Source: an uncultured bacterium (GTDB taxonomy: Bacteria > Krumholzibacteriota > Krumholzibacteriia > Krumholzibacteriales > Krumholzibacteriaceae). Taken from it: 64,000 nt of DNA. A program made the translations under genes and the position numbers. The notes under the pieces are model-generated. The model had not been told where the DNA came from. It was given only the letters and a program-made list of their open reading frames with translations, and did no database searches. Shown one piece after another: positions 1 to 11,431 of the stretch (the stretch's first letter is position 1; each line of letters begins with the position of its first letter). The DNA lies in the NCBI GenBank assembly GCA_963813815.1, contig CAWFAD010000016.1:64001-128000 (forward strand), in the 5' to 3' direction.

Positions 1-1980
<1,980 letters not shown>

Positions 1981-2080
1981 GGCGACGAGCTCCCTCCTGC
2001 GGACGTATCAGATATTAGTAACACAGGCGCCTGGAATAAACAAGTTTTTAGCGCCTTTCGTGGCGTCCCGATGCCCTTTT

Positions 2081-3226
2081 TTACGTTTCTTCGGGCGGCG
2101 GGGGCGGCGCCTGTCCGGACCCGCTCTCGGGCCGCACGACCCCGCCCTCGACGAGAAATCGCGCGGCCGCAGCGGGGCCCGCCGCGAGCTCCTCGGGGCG
2201 CGGCGAGGCGATGAAGCACTGGTATCCCCCGGCGAGGCGCTCCCTCACCCGCTCCGCCGTTTCGGCGTCGAGCTCGGAGAAAATATCGTCGAGAATGACT
2301 ATCGGCCGCTCCCCGCGCCGGTCCAAAATGGTCGCCGCTTGGGCCAGCTTGAGGACGAGCGAAACGAGACGTTTTCTCCCCTGCGACCCGTACCGGCGGA
2401 TTTCGGCGCCGTCGAGCGATATTCGGACGTCGTCGTGCTGCGGGCCGCAGATCGTGTAGCCGCGGCGCCGCTCCGATTCGCGGCTCCGCGCGAGGGCCTC
2501 GCGGAGCGCCGGGCCCGGATCGCCCCCTCCCGGGCAGAAGGAGCAGACGTACTCCATGGCGAGGCCGCCGGGCGCGCCGACGATCTCGCCGACGAGCGCC
2601 CCGGCCCGCGCGGCGAGCTCCCGAAGCGTCTCGCGCCGGATGCGGACGAGCTCCGCCCCCTTCGCGGCGAGAACCTCGTCCCACGCGTCGATCCCGCCGG
2701 GGGCCTCCGCCTCGCGCGCCGCCCGCTCGAGGAGAGCGTTGCGCCGCCTGAGGACGCCCGAGTATTCGCGGATCGCGGCGAGGTAGAGCGGCGAGAGCTG
2801 AGCCGCCGTGTAGTCGAGGTACGCCCGCCGGCCCGCCGGCGGCCCTCCGGCGAGCGCTATGTCGTCGGCGACGAACATGACTCCGGGGATCATGCCGACG
2901 ATGTCCGCGAAGGCGCCGTCCCGCTTGCTTCCCGTCGAAACCTTCGCGCGGCCGCCCCGCTCGTACCCGGCCTCGATTGCGAAGGCGACTCCCGAGTCGC
3001 TCTCGCCAGAGAGGCGCAGGAAAAAGTACTCCTCGCCGAACCGCACGGCCTCGTCGAGGTCGCGCGTCCGGAAGGAGCGGCCGAGGGAAAAAATGTAGAG
3101 CGCCTCGAGCAGATTGGTCTTGCCCTGCGCGTTTCTCCCGGAGATGAGATTGACCCCGGGGGAAAAGCGCAGCTCCGCGCGGGCTATGTTCCTGAAATTG
3201 ACGATGTCGACGCCCCTCGCGATCAC
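2081..3226 (-). CDS. recF: DNA replication/repair protein RecF
   Basis: NFRN, GRNAQGKTNLLEA, GSQG and ILDDIFSELD motifs. Confidence 0.96.
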   Translation of the reverse strand: MIARGVDIVNFRNIARAELRFSPGVNLISGRNAQGKTNLLEALYIFSLGRSFRTRDLDEAVRFGEEYFFLRLSGESDSGVAFAIEAGYERGGRAKVSTGSKRDGAFADIVGMIPGVMFVADDIALAGGPPAGRRAYLDYTAAQLSPLYLAAIREYSGVLRRRNALLERAAREAEAPGGIDAWDEVLAAKGAELVRIRRETLRELAARAGALVGEIVGAPGGLAMEYVCSFCPGGGDPGPALREALARSRESERRRGYTICGPQHDDVRISLDGAEIRRYGSQGRKRLVSLVLKLAQAATILDRRGERPIVILDDIFSELDAETAERVRERLAGGYQCFIASPRPEELAAGPAAAARFLVEGGVVRPESGSGQAPPPPPEET

Positions 3227-3257
3227 CCCTTCATCACCCCCGCCCCGCCGCGCGATC

Positions 3258-4364
3258 TCAGGTGATCCGCAGAGGCATGACGATGCAGAGCTGCTTGACG
3301 TTGCCGCCGTCCGAGGCGGGCTTTACGAGCGCCGCCGTGTCGGGGCGGTCGAGGAGGAACAGTATCTCCTCCGCGTCGATCGTGCGCAGGATGTCGAGGA
3401 CGTACGCCGCGTTGTACCCGACATCCATGTCCTCGCCGGTGAACGAGGCGTCGAGCTCCTCGCGCGCCTCGCCGAGCTCCTGCGTGCTCACGTTGAGCGT
3501 GAGCTTGTCCTTGGCGATCGAGAAGACGACCTGCCGGGTGAGCGTGTCGGCGAGAATGGAGACGCGCTTCACGGCCTCGGCGAGCGCCGAGCGGGATAGG
3601 ACGAGCCGCTTCTCGTTCTTGGCTGGGATCACGCGCTGGTAGCTCGGGAACGGGCCCTCGAGGAGCCGCGAGTAGATCGTCGTTCCCGTCATGTCGAAGC
3701 TGACGCTGTTCTCGCCGATCGAAACCCGGACCTCTTTCTCCCCCTCCGCGTAGGTGCGGAGCGTCCCGAGCGCCTTGGGCGGAACGATGACCTCCACCTT
3801 CTGCGCGGCTCCGAGCTCGATCGCCATGTCGACCTTGGCGAGGCGGTGCCCGTCGGTCGCGACCATCGAGATCCCCTTCCGGTCCACTTCCCAGAGCACG
3901 CCGCAGAGGGCCGGCCTCGTGAGATCTCCCGAAACGGCGTAGGCCGTTTTATGCACGAGCTCGCCGATGATCTCCGGATCGACGGCGAACGACGTTTTGC
4001 TCTCCTGTTTGGGGAGCTTCGGAAAATCCTCCGCGCTCCGGCCGTTCATCACGAACCGGCTCTTGCCGCAGGTTATCGTTATCCTCTCCCCGGCGCACTC
4101 GAGCCCCACGGTTTCCCCGGCGAGCGATTTCACGATCTCGGCGATCTTTTTCGCGGGCGCGGCGACGCGGCCATCCTCGGCCACGGCGGCCTCGACCCTC
4201 GACGTTACCGATATGTCGAGATCCGTCGCGGAAATGCTGAATACGCCCTTCTCCGCGTTCATGAGCACCGTCGAAAGAATCGGCATGGTCGTCTTTCCCG
4301 GAACCACGCTCGATATGGCGTTCATCTTGTGGGTGAGCTCGCCCAGTGGAACACTGACCTTCAC
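3258..4364 (-). CDS. dnaN: DNA polymerase III beta clamp
   Basis: 368 aa; ATDL, ATDGHRLA, C-terminal VMPLR; downstream of dnaA. Confidence 0.97.
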   Translation of the reverse strand: MKVSVPLGELTHKMNAISSVVPGKTTMPILSTVLMNAEKGVFSISATDLDISVTSRVEAAVAEDGRVAAPAKKIAEIVKSLAGETVGLECAGERITITCGKSRFVMNGRSAEDFPKLPKQESKTSFAVDPEIIGELVHKTAYAVSGDLTRPALCGVLWEVDRKGISMVATDGHRLAKVDMAIELGAAQKVEVIVPPKALGTLRTYAEGEKEVRVSIGENSVSFDMTGTTIYSRLLEGPFPSYQRVIPAKNEKRLVLSRSALAEAVKRVSILADTLTRQVVFSIAKDKLTLNVSTQELGEAREELDASFTGEDMDVGYNAAYVLDILRTIDAEEILFLLDRPDTAALVKPASDGGNVKQLCIVMPLRIT

Positions 4365-4534
4365 GCCGCCACCTCCTGAAACCGGAGAGGATCATGAGTG
4401 ATTTCGCGTACCCTGCGGATTGGAGTCCCCATGATACGGAACGAAACCTCTCTCTTCAAGCGAAAAGAGAGAGAAAGGGCATCCGTGCATCTCGGCGCGC
4501 AACGCGGCCGAAACGACGCTCCGGATATCCTTCT

Positions 4535-4745
4535 GGTTCTGATTAGAAAGAATTGAAATACAGTAGTCGCAGTAGACCCTGTTGATATGTTGAAAGAGGA
4601 GTCATCCGCAAGGCCCGAAGGGCGGTTGCCCGGAATCAGGGTGTTGAGGGCCGCGTTGGCATCCTTTTTTTGTCCCCAGCGGGGGCGATCTGGGCGAGTC
4701 ATGAACAGCCTTCCGCAACGTGGTATGTCGACTCTGTGGGAATCT
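4535..4745. other. oriC unwinding sub-region: AT-rich tract, DnaA-trios and tandem DnaA boxes
   Basis: Plus strand: ATTAGAAAGAATTGAAATA, CAGTAGTCGCAGTAG (4561-4575), ACCC, then overlapping TGTTGATAT/TGTTGAAAG (4580-4596). Further degenerate boxes at 4602-4610, 4670-4678, 4699-4707 and 4735-4743. Confidence 0.75.
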
Positions 4746-4764
4746 CGCGAAACCCGGCGCCCGG

Positions 4765-6114
4765 TCAACTCAAAAGCTCTTCCTTGATTGTTTGCACCTT
4801 GCGCTTGAGCGCCGGATCGGCCTCGGTCGCCGCGCGCACCTTGGTGCAGGCGTGGAGCACGGTGCTGTGATCCCGGTCTCCGAAAAATGAGCCGATCGAG
4901 ACGAGCGAAGCTTCGGTGAGATCGCGCGCGAGGTACATGGCGACCTGGCGGGCGAGAACGACGCGCGCGATGCGCGTCTTGGCCTTGAGCGTCTCGAGCG
5001 GAATGTCGAAATGCTGCGCGACGGCCTTCTTGATGAGGGGAATGGAGGGCACGCGGGAGGCCGGCGGGCGCATGAAATCCCTGAGCACCTCGCGCGCGAG
5101 CTCCAGCGTCCCCTCGCGGCAGGTGAGGCTCGAATAGGCGAGAACGCGCACGAGGGAGCCCTCGAGCTCGCGGATGTTGCTCTTGACGTTCTCGGCGATG
5201 AACTGGATCACGTCGTCGGGGATGAGGATTTTTTCCTTCTCCACTTTTTTCCGCAGGATGGCGATCCTCGTCTCGACGTCCGGCGGCTGGATGTCGGCGA
5301 CGAGCCCCCACTCGAAGCGCGAGACGAGGCGCTCCTCGAGGCCCGGGATCTCCTTCGGCGGGCGGTCGCTCGTGACGACGATCTGCTTGTTGGCGTTGTG
5401 GAGCGCGTTGAAGGTGAAGAAGAACTCCTCCTGCGTGCTCTCCTTGCCGGCGAGGAACTGGACGTCGTCGATGAGAAGAATGTCGATCGAGCGGTAGCGT
5501 TCCTTGAAGGTGTGCGTCGTTCCGGAGCGAATGGCCTGGATGAGCTCGTTCGTGAACCCCTCTGAGGTGGCGTAGGCGACCCGCAGGCGCGGGTGGTGCG
5601 CTAAGGCGTGGTGGCCGATCGCCTGAACGAGATGCGTCTTGCCGAGCCCGGCGCCTCCGTAGATGAAGAGCGGGTTGTAGACCTGCGCGGGCTGGTCGGC
5701 GACCGCGCGCGCCGCCGCGTGCGCCATCCGGTTGGAGCTTCCGACGATGAACTCGTCGAACACGTAGCGGGCGTTGAGATGGCACCCGCTCGGGATGGAG
5801 ACGGGATCGCTCACCATGATCGTGCGCGTGGCGGTCTGCGCTGGGGCCTCGGAGCGCGCCGGCGCCGCCGCGGCGATGAACTCGACCGTCGACTCTTCTC
5901 CGAGGATCTCGCGCGCCGCGTGCTCGATCTTGTCCCGGTGATGCTCGGCGAGCCAGTCGACGAAGAACGAGTTCGGCCCCTCGACCACGAGGTGGCCCCC
6001 GTCATACGCGACAAGCCGGGTCGGCTTGAACCACGTCTGATAGCTTTGCGCATTGACGAGCGTTGCGAGGCGCTCGAGAATGGCGTCCCAGAGGCGTGCG
6101 AGCTCTTCCTTCAT
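4765..6114 (-). CDS. dnaA: Chromosomal replication initiator DnaA
   Basis: YNPLFIYGGAGLGKTHL, LLIDDVQF, TQEEFF, RDHSTVLHA. Confidence 0.99.
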   Translation of the reverse strand: MKEELARLWDAILERLATLVNAQSYQTWFKPTRLVAYDGGHLVVEGPNSFFVDWLAEHHRDKIEHAAREILGEESTVEFIAAAAPARSEAPAQTATRTIMVSDPVSIPSGCHLNARYVFDEFIVGSSNRMAHAAARAVADQPAQVYNPLFIYGGAGLGKTHLVQAIGHHALAHHPRLRVAYATSEGFTNELIQAIRSGTTHTFKERYRSIDILLIDDVQFLAGKESTQEEFFFTFNALHNANKQIVVTSDRPPKEIPGLEERLVSRFEWGLVADIQPPDVETRIAILRKKVEKEKILIPDDVIQFIAENVKSNIRELEGSLVRVLAYSSLTCREGTLELAREVLRDFMRPPASRVPSIPLIKKAVAQHFDIPLETLKAKTRIARVVLARQVAMYLARDLTEASLVSIGSFFGDRDHSTVLHACTKVRAATEADPALKRKVQTIKEELLS

Positions 6115-6179
6115 CGCGGAACGAGAAAGTTATAAGCCCTTGGCGCTTCCCCGGCGGGGAAGCAAAAATCCCTCAGGAG

Positions 6180-6400
6180 ATCCGTTAAATCTCTTAAAAC
6201 CGAAGCGGCTTTCCACAATTGTGGAAAACAACGCAACTTCAATTTTTACCGAAAGATCAGCGGGAAATTATCAAAGGGTTCGGAGCGTTATCCACAACAC
6301 AGAATGCGAGTCTTGTAGAAATGTAAGCCTTTGTGTTATATATCGCTCACGGGGGATAAACCCCCCCAATCCCGCGGGCGGTAATCTACCACAAGCCCCC
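6180..6400. promoter_or_regulatory. DnaA-box cluster upstream of dnaA (second oriC sub-region or dnaA autoregulation)
   Basis: Perfect TTATCCACA at 6288-6296; inverted pair CTTTCCACA 6209-6217 / TGTGGAAAA 6220-6228; GGGGGATAA at 6351; AT-rich; gene orientation switches here. Confidence 0.8.
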
Positions 6401-6584
6401 AGGCCTGGCAAGAAAATTCTTGGGAGCGGAGGAAAAATTTTGCAACATCCTGTCGCATATAGAATTAAAGGCGGCGAACGGCTCATTTGCGCGCGGGCCC
6501 CCCAAAAGGCGCAGAATCGCCGATCGCCGGACGCTTCAAAAGCCGCGCTGGGGCAACGAGATATGATTTCGGAAGATTATGCGC

Positions 6585-6613
6585 TTGACAACGAAACAGC
6601 GCTTTCCTATTCT
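6585..6613 (+). promoter_or_regulatory. Sigma70-type promoter of the rpmH operon
   Basis: TTGACA-N17-TATTCT. Confidence 0.7.
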
Positions 6614-6680
6614 ATTCTGCTTTTATATAATAAGACCTAACGTCGAATGGGGTCTTACCACCAGCAGCGAAGGACGCGAA

Positions 6681-6815
6681 ATGAAAAGAACGTATCAGCC
6701 GCATAACACGAGAAGGAAAACGACTCACGGGTTTCGAAAGCGCATGGCCACGAAAAACGGCCGCAAGGTTCTGCAAAGGAGGAGAACGAAGGGAAGAAAA
6801 CGCCTCACGGTCTGA
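6681..6815 (+). CDS. rpmH: 50S ribosomal protein L34
   Basis: [44 protein letters not shown]. Confidence 0.98.
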   Translation: MKRTYQPHNTRRKTTHGFRKRMATKNGRKVLQRRRTKGRKRLTV

Positions 6816-6839
6816 TAGCGAAGGATGTGTGATGCCCAT

Positions 6840-7184
6840 ATGGCATCACGGGGATTACAGAGCAATCGTCAATTTCGTCTTGTTTATAGCGAAGGTACCA
6901 GGGAAGCCGGGAGCAAGGTCGTCATCTATTACCTGCGTCGCGATGAGGCCGGCGTCGCTCCCGGGTTCGTAGCAAGCAAGAAAATAGGCAAGGCCTGTCA
7001 GCGGAATCGGGCGAAGAGGCTCATGAGGGAGATATTCAAGCGGCTCGAAGCATCCATCGCCGAGCCCAACCTCTGGATCGTATTTATCGCCTCGTTCAAC
7101 CCGAAGGAAAACACGTTCCACGAGATCTACACGGATGTCGAGCGCTCGCTCAAGAGGGCCGGACTCCTGATATCGATCGGATGA
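6840..7184 (+). CDS. rnpA: Ribonuclease P protein component
   Basis: [23 protein letters not shown] (RNR motif); after rpmH. Start could be 6825. Confidence 0.92.
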   Translation: MASRGLQSNRQFRLVYSEGTREAGSKVVIYYLRRDEAGVAPGFVASKKIGKACQRNRAKRLMREIFKRLEASIAEPNLWIVFIASFNPKENTFHEIYTDVERSLKRAGLLISIG

Positions 7185-7405
7185 TGACGAGAATCGTGAC
7201 ATACATCGCTCTTGCGCTCCTGCGCATATACCGAGCAGCCATCTCTCCCTATCATCCGCCGGTGTGCCGGTTCATACCGTCGTGTTCCCAGTACGCGGAG
7301 GATGCGGTCCGCCGCCACGGCCCCGGCCGCGGCGCGGCGCTCGCCGCGAAGCGTCTCATGAGATGCCATCCGTTCGCGCGCGGCGGATACGACCCCGTGC
7401 GCTGA
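7181..7405 (+). CDS. yidD: Membrane protein insertion efficiency factor YidD
   Basis: [21 protein letters not shown]. Confidence 0.95.
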   Translation: MMTRIVTYIALALLRIYRAAISPYHPPVCRFIPSCSQYAEDAVRRHGPGRGAALAAKRLMRCHPFARGGYDPVR

Positions 7406-7483
7406 TTTCGATAGGACTTCTCGTTCGTCCGCTCGGCCGCCGTTGCTTCGAACCCTCCGCTTCCCGGAAAAAAAGAGGAGTTC

Positions 7484-9259
7484 ATGGATCGAAGATCGTT
7501 GATCGCGATCGTTATGACGTTCGCCATTCTCATCGCTTGGGAGGCCCTCTACATGGCGCCGAAGAGGGGCGATCTCGCGCGCCGGCAGGCGGCGGCCCTC
7601 GAGGAGCGCCGGCAGGCCGACTCGATCGCCGCGCTCGCCGAGCCGGCGCCGGCCGAGACGACGGCCGCGGTCCCGGCGCGGCGCGACAGCGCGGCGGCCC
7701 CCCCGGGAGCCTTCCTCGCCGAGAGCGGCGAGCGGGGCGCGGGACGGATTACGGTCGCGACGGGCGTCGCGCGCGTGGCGCTCTCGAGCGCCGGCGGCGA
7801 GGTCGAGAGCGTGACGTTCGCGGAGTTCGCGCGAAAGGACGGGAGTCCCGTCGAGCTGGTTCCCGAGGGCGCGCGCGGCGGGATGCGGCTCTCCATCCTC
7901 GAGGCCGGGGAATGGAAGAAGCTCAGCGACGTGCCGTTCGACGCGTACGTCGACGGAGCGGCCGCGGAGCCGGGCGGGGAGATCGTTCTCGGCCCGGGGC
8001 GCGACAGCGCGACCGTTCTCTTTAGGCGCGCGGGCGCCGGGGGCGAGCTCATCGAAAGGAGCTACACCTTCAGGCGCGACTCGTACGAGGTCGGAGTCCG
8101 CGTGGCGATTCATCGCGAGGGCGACCTCTCCCGCACGACCGCCTACTCGATCGGCTGGGAATGCGGGCTCGCGACGAGCGAGCCGAACGTCAAGGAGGAC
8201 CTGCGCAAGTTCGCGGCCCTCGGCAAGGTCGGCGAGGAGCAGTACAAAACGGACGTGGCGAAGTTCGGCAAGGAGATGCGCCGGGAGCACGAGGGAACCG
8301 TCGTGTGGGCGGGAGCCCGGACCAAGTACTTCCTGAGCGCGCTCGTCGTGAAGGGCGGGGAGCGCTCGAGCGGCTCGCTCGTGCTGCTCGGGGACCGGGC
8401 CGAGAATTTCATCGGCTGCGGGATCAGCTATCCGTTCCGCGGCGACCCGAGGCTCGTCGAGGACGAGTTCGCATGGTACGCGGGGCCCCTCGACATGAAG
8501 CGCCTCGGGAGCTACGGGATAGGGATGGAGAAGGCGATCGACATGGGCTACCTGCGCGTGCTGAGCGTGGGGATTCTGCGGCTCATGGTCTGGACGAAGA
8601 AATGGATTCCCAACTACGGGCTCATCATCATCATCATCTCCGTCCTGACGAAGCTCCTCTTCTACCGTCTCACGCACAAGAGCTTCAAGTCGATGAAGGA
8701 CATGCAACGCCTTCAGCCGAAGATCAAGGAGATTCAGGAGAAGTGGAAGGGCGACCGCGATCGGCTCAACAAGGAGATCATGAAGGCGTACAAGGAGGCG
8801 GGCGTGAGCCCCCTCGGCGGGTGCCTTCCCCTGCTCCTCCAGATGCCCGTGTTCATCGCCCTCTACAACGCGCTCGGGAGCACGATCGAGCTTCGGAGCG
8901 CGCCCTTCGTGAGCTGGATCAACGATCTTTCGATGCCGGACACGCTTTTCCGGTGGGGAGCGAACATTCCGTTTCTCGGCAGCGAGTTTCACCTCCTCCC
9001 CATCCTCATGGGCGTGGCGATGGTGGCGCAGTCGAAGCTCGGCGGCTCCCCGACGGGCGAGGGGGCGCCGGCGATGCAGACGAAGATGATGAACTATCTC
9101 ATGCCGATCATCTTCACGATCTTCTTTTACGGCATGCCCTCGGGGCTCGTTCTCTACTGGCTCGTGAACCAGGTGCTCTCCGTGGGACAGCAGTACGTGG
9201 TTCAGCGCGAGATCGATACCGAGGAACGGAGCCGCACGCTCGAAGGAGCGCAGCAGTGA
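7484..9259 (+). CDS. yidC: Membrane protein insertase YidC (long form with periplasmic domain)
   Basis: N-terminal TM, large soluble domain, NYGLIIII, PLGGCLPLLLQMP, PSGLVLYW. Confidence 0.97.
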   Translation: MDRRSLIAIVMTFAILIAWEALYMAPKRGDLARRQAAALEERRQADSIAALAEPAPAETTAAVPARRDSAAAPPGAFLAESGERGAGRITVATGVARVALSSAGGEVESVTFAEFARKDGSPVELVPEGARGGMRLSILEAGEWKKLSDVPFDAYVDGAAAEPGGEIVLGPGRDSATVLFRRAGAGGELIERSYTFRRDSYEVGVRVAIHREGDLSRTTAYSIGWECGLATSEPNVKEDLRKFAALGKVGEEQYKTDVAKFGKEMRREHEGTVVWAGARTKYFLSALVVKGGERSSGSLVLLGDRAENFIGCGISYPFRGDPRLVEDEFAWYAGPLDMKRLGSYGIGMEKAIDMGYLRVLSVGILRLMVWTKKWIPNYGLIIIIISVLTKLLFYRLTHKSFKSMKDMQRLQPKIKEIQEKWKGDRDRLNKEIMKAYKEAGVSPLGGCLPLLLQMPVFIALYNALGSTIELRSAPFVSWINDLSMPDTLFRWGANIPFLGSEFHLLPILMGVAMVAQSKLGGSPTGEGAPAMQTKMMNYLMPIIFTIFFYGMPSGLVLYWLVNQVLSVGQQYVVQREIDTEERSRTLEGAQQ

Positions 9260-9283
9260 ATCAGCGAAAGGCAGGAATCGCAT

Positions 9284-9997
9284 ATGGGCAGAACCGGCAG
9301 GGATAACGACAAGCGGCGCGACGAGGCGCGCCTCGACAGCATCGAGACGACGGGCAAGACCGTCGAGAAAGCGCTCGAAAAGGCGCTCGCGAGCCTCAAG
9401 GCGCGCATCGATGAGGTCGACATCAAGATAGAGGATCAGGGGCAGAAGGGCGTGCTCGGCATATTCGGCGCGCGCGAAGCCCGCATTCTCGTCTCGCGCA
9501 AGAAACCCTCGAGCGGCGGGGTCGAGGCGGTCGTCGACAACGTCGCCCGGGCGATCATGGAATCCCTCGACGTCAACTACCGGCTCTTCTCCGAGGAGAG
9601 CGACGGAGCGACCTATATCAACATCGAAACGGCGGGCGTCGACGGGCTTCTCATCGGCCGCAAGGGGGACACGCTCACCTCGCTCCAGCATCTCATCGGG
9701 CGCATCGTGTCGAAGAGGCTGGGCGGCTATCAGCGGCTGATGCTCGACGTCGGCGGATATCTGCGCAACCGCCACGATATCCTCAAGCAGAAGGCCGTCA
9801 GGGCGGCCGAGAAGGCCAAGAAAACGAACCACGAAATCTCGCTCGAGCCGATGAAGGCTGCCGAGCGGCGCATCGTTCACCTGGCCCTCTCCGAGCTCGA
9901 CGGCATCTCCACCTACACGGTCGGGAACGGCGAGATGCGCAAGGTCTGCATCGCCCCCCAGCGGGCCGAGGAGGGAAAGCGCGCCGGCGACCGCTGA
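9284..9997 (+). CDS. jag: Jag/KhpB/EloR RNA-binding protein
   Basis: GKTVEKAL (Jag_N), LIGRKGDTL (KH), ERRIVH (R3H). Confidence 0.93.
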   Translation: MGRTGRDNDKRRDEARLDSIETTGKTVEKALEKALASLKARIDEVDIKIEDQGQKGVLGIFGAREARILVSRKKPSSGGVEAVVDNVARAIMESLDVNYRLFSEESDGATYINIETAGVDGLLIGRKGDTLTSLQHLIGRIVSKRLGGYQRLMLDVGGYLRNRHDILKQKAVRAAEKAKKTNHEISLEPMKAAERRIVHLALSELDGISTYTVGNGEMRKVCIAPQRAEEGKRAGDR

Positions 9998-10003
9998 TCC
10001 ACC

Positions 10004-11371
10004 ATGGACCGGGACACTATCGTCGCGCTCGGCACACCGGCGGGCGAATCGGCGGTCGCCGTGGTGCGCGTGTCGGGCCCCGAGGCGATCGACATCGTCG
10101 ATCAGCTCGCGCCCGGGACGCGGGACGCCGCCTCGCACTCCCTCGTGCTGAGAACGCTCCGGGACAAGGGCGGCGCGCCGATCGACGAGGCCCTCGTCGC
10201 GGTCATGCGGGCGCCGTCGAGCTACACCGGCGAGGACCTCGTCGAAATATCCTGCCACGGCGGCACGCAGGTGGCATCCGATCTCCTCGAGGAAATCATG
10301 GCGCGCGGCGCGCGACTCGCCGGACGGGGCGAGTTCACGCGGCGCGCGTTTCTCTCGGGCAAGATGGACCTCGCCGAGGCGGAGGCCGTCGCCGATCTCA
10401 TCGCGGCGGAAACGAAGCTGCAGCGGCGCGTGGCGCTGGAGCAGCTCGAGGGGGCCCTGTCGCGGCGGATCGGCGAATGCGAGGCGGCGCTGCTCGGCGA
10501 GCTCGCCCTCGTCGAGGCCTCGATCGATTTCAGCGAGGAGGAGATTCCGCCGCGCTCCCCCGCTGAGACGCTCCGCGTGGCCCGCGAAGCGAGGGAGCGC
10601 ATAGCCCGCCTGCTCGAGTCGGAGGTCGCCGGGGCCAAGCTCCGCCGCGGGATACGGGTGACGATAGTGGGCCCGCGGAACGTCGGCAAGAGCAGCATCT
10701 ACAACGCGTTGCTGGGCGAGGAGCGGGCGATCGTATCCCCCGTTCCGGGAACGACGCGGGACAAGCTCTGCGAGCGGATCCACGTCGGCGGGTTCACCTG
10801 CTATCTCGAGGACACGGCCGGGATGGCCGAGACGCGCTGCGAGATCGAGGCGCGCGGGATAACGATCGGCCGCGAGGCGGCCGATCGGGCCGATCTCGTG
10901 CTCTTCACCCTCGATGGAAACGCCGAGATAGATAAGGATGCGGCCCGCGAGATCGGGCGCATCGACAAGTCGAAAATTCTGCTCCTGCTCAACAAGTGCG
11001 ACCTCGGGCTGCGCCGGCCGGCGAAGGAGCTAAGCGAGAAATTGGGTGTGAATGACGTCGTCGTCGCCTCGGCCGCCACGGGGGCGGGGCTCGAGGATCT
11101 GCGGCGGCGGATCTACGAGCGCACGGTCGAGCGGGACGCGGGAGCGATCGGCGCCGAGCAGGTGGCCGTGAACGCGCGGCAGGCGGGCGCCCTGCGGGAA
11201 GCGGACGAGGCGCTCGCGAGGCTCGAGGCGCTCGCGGCGTCCCTCGCCCCGCCCGAGCTTCTGAGCGTCGAGCTGCGGGCGGGCGCGGACGCGCTCGGAG
11301 CGGTGACGGGGCGAACGGCGCCGGCTGATATCCTCGATATCATTTTCAGCAAATTCTGCATCGGGAAATAG
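10004..11371 (+). CDS. mnmE: tRNA modification GTPase MnmE
   Basis: DTIVA, SYTGED, NVGKSS, GTTRD, DTAG, NKCD, C-terminal FCIGK. Confidence 0.97.
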   Translation: MDRDTIVALGTPAGESAVAVVRVSGPEAIDIVDQLAPGTRDAASHSLVLRTLRDKGGAPIDEALVAVMRAPSSYTGEDLVEISCHGGTQVASDLLEEIMARGARLAGRGEFTRRAFLSGKMDLAEAEAVADLIAAETKLQRRVALEQLEGALSRRIGECEAALLGELALVEASIDFSEEEIPPRSPAETLRVAREARERIARLLESEVAGAKLRRGIRVTIVGPRNVGKSSIYNALLGEERAIVSPVPGTTRDKLCERIHVGGFTCYLEDTAGMAETRCEIEARGITIGREAADRADLVLFTLDGNAEIDKDAAREIGRIDKSKILLLLNKCDLGLRRPAKELSEKLGVNDVVVASAATGAGLEDLRRRIYERTVERDAGAIGAEQVAVNARQAGALREADEALARLEALAASLAPPELLSVELRAGADALGAVTGRTAPADILDIIFSKFCIGK

Positions 11372-11431
11372 GGCTTAAGCACTACTGCCCTCTTTGAATA
11401 TAAACATGTTATGCAATTGTTCATAACCATT

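Noticed and set aside
6145..6168. GCTTCCCC/GGGGAAGC hairpin before dnaA as a terminator
   Set aside because: No U-tract follows the stem on either strand.
7127..10783. 1218-aa minus-strand ORF and similar long antisense ORFs (26879..29269, 36854..39616, 41029..43122, 46733..48865, 50742..52631)
   Set aside because: Opposite well-supported genes; low-complexity R/A/G/L-rich translations expected from stop-poor frames in high-GC DNA.
11408..11427. GTTATG-N8-CATAAC inverted repeat before mnmG
   Set aside because: Short, single, in an AT-rich spacer; no regulator can be assigned.
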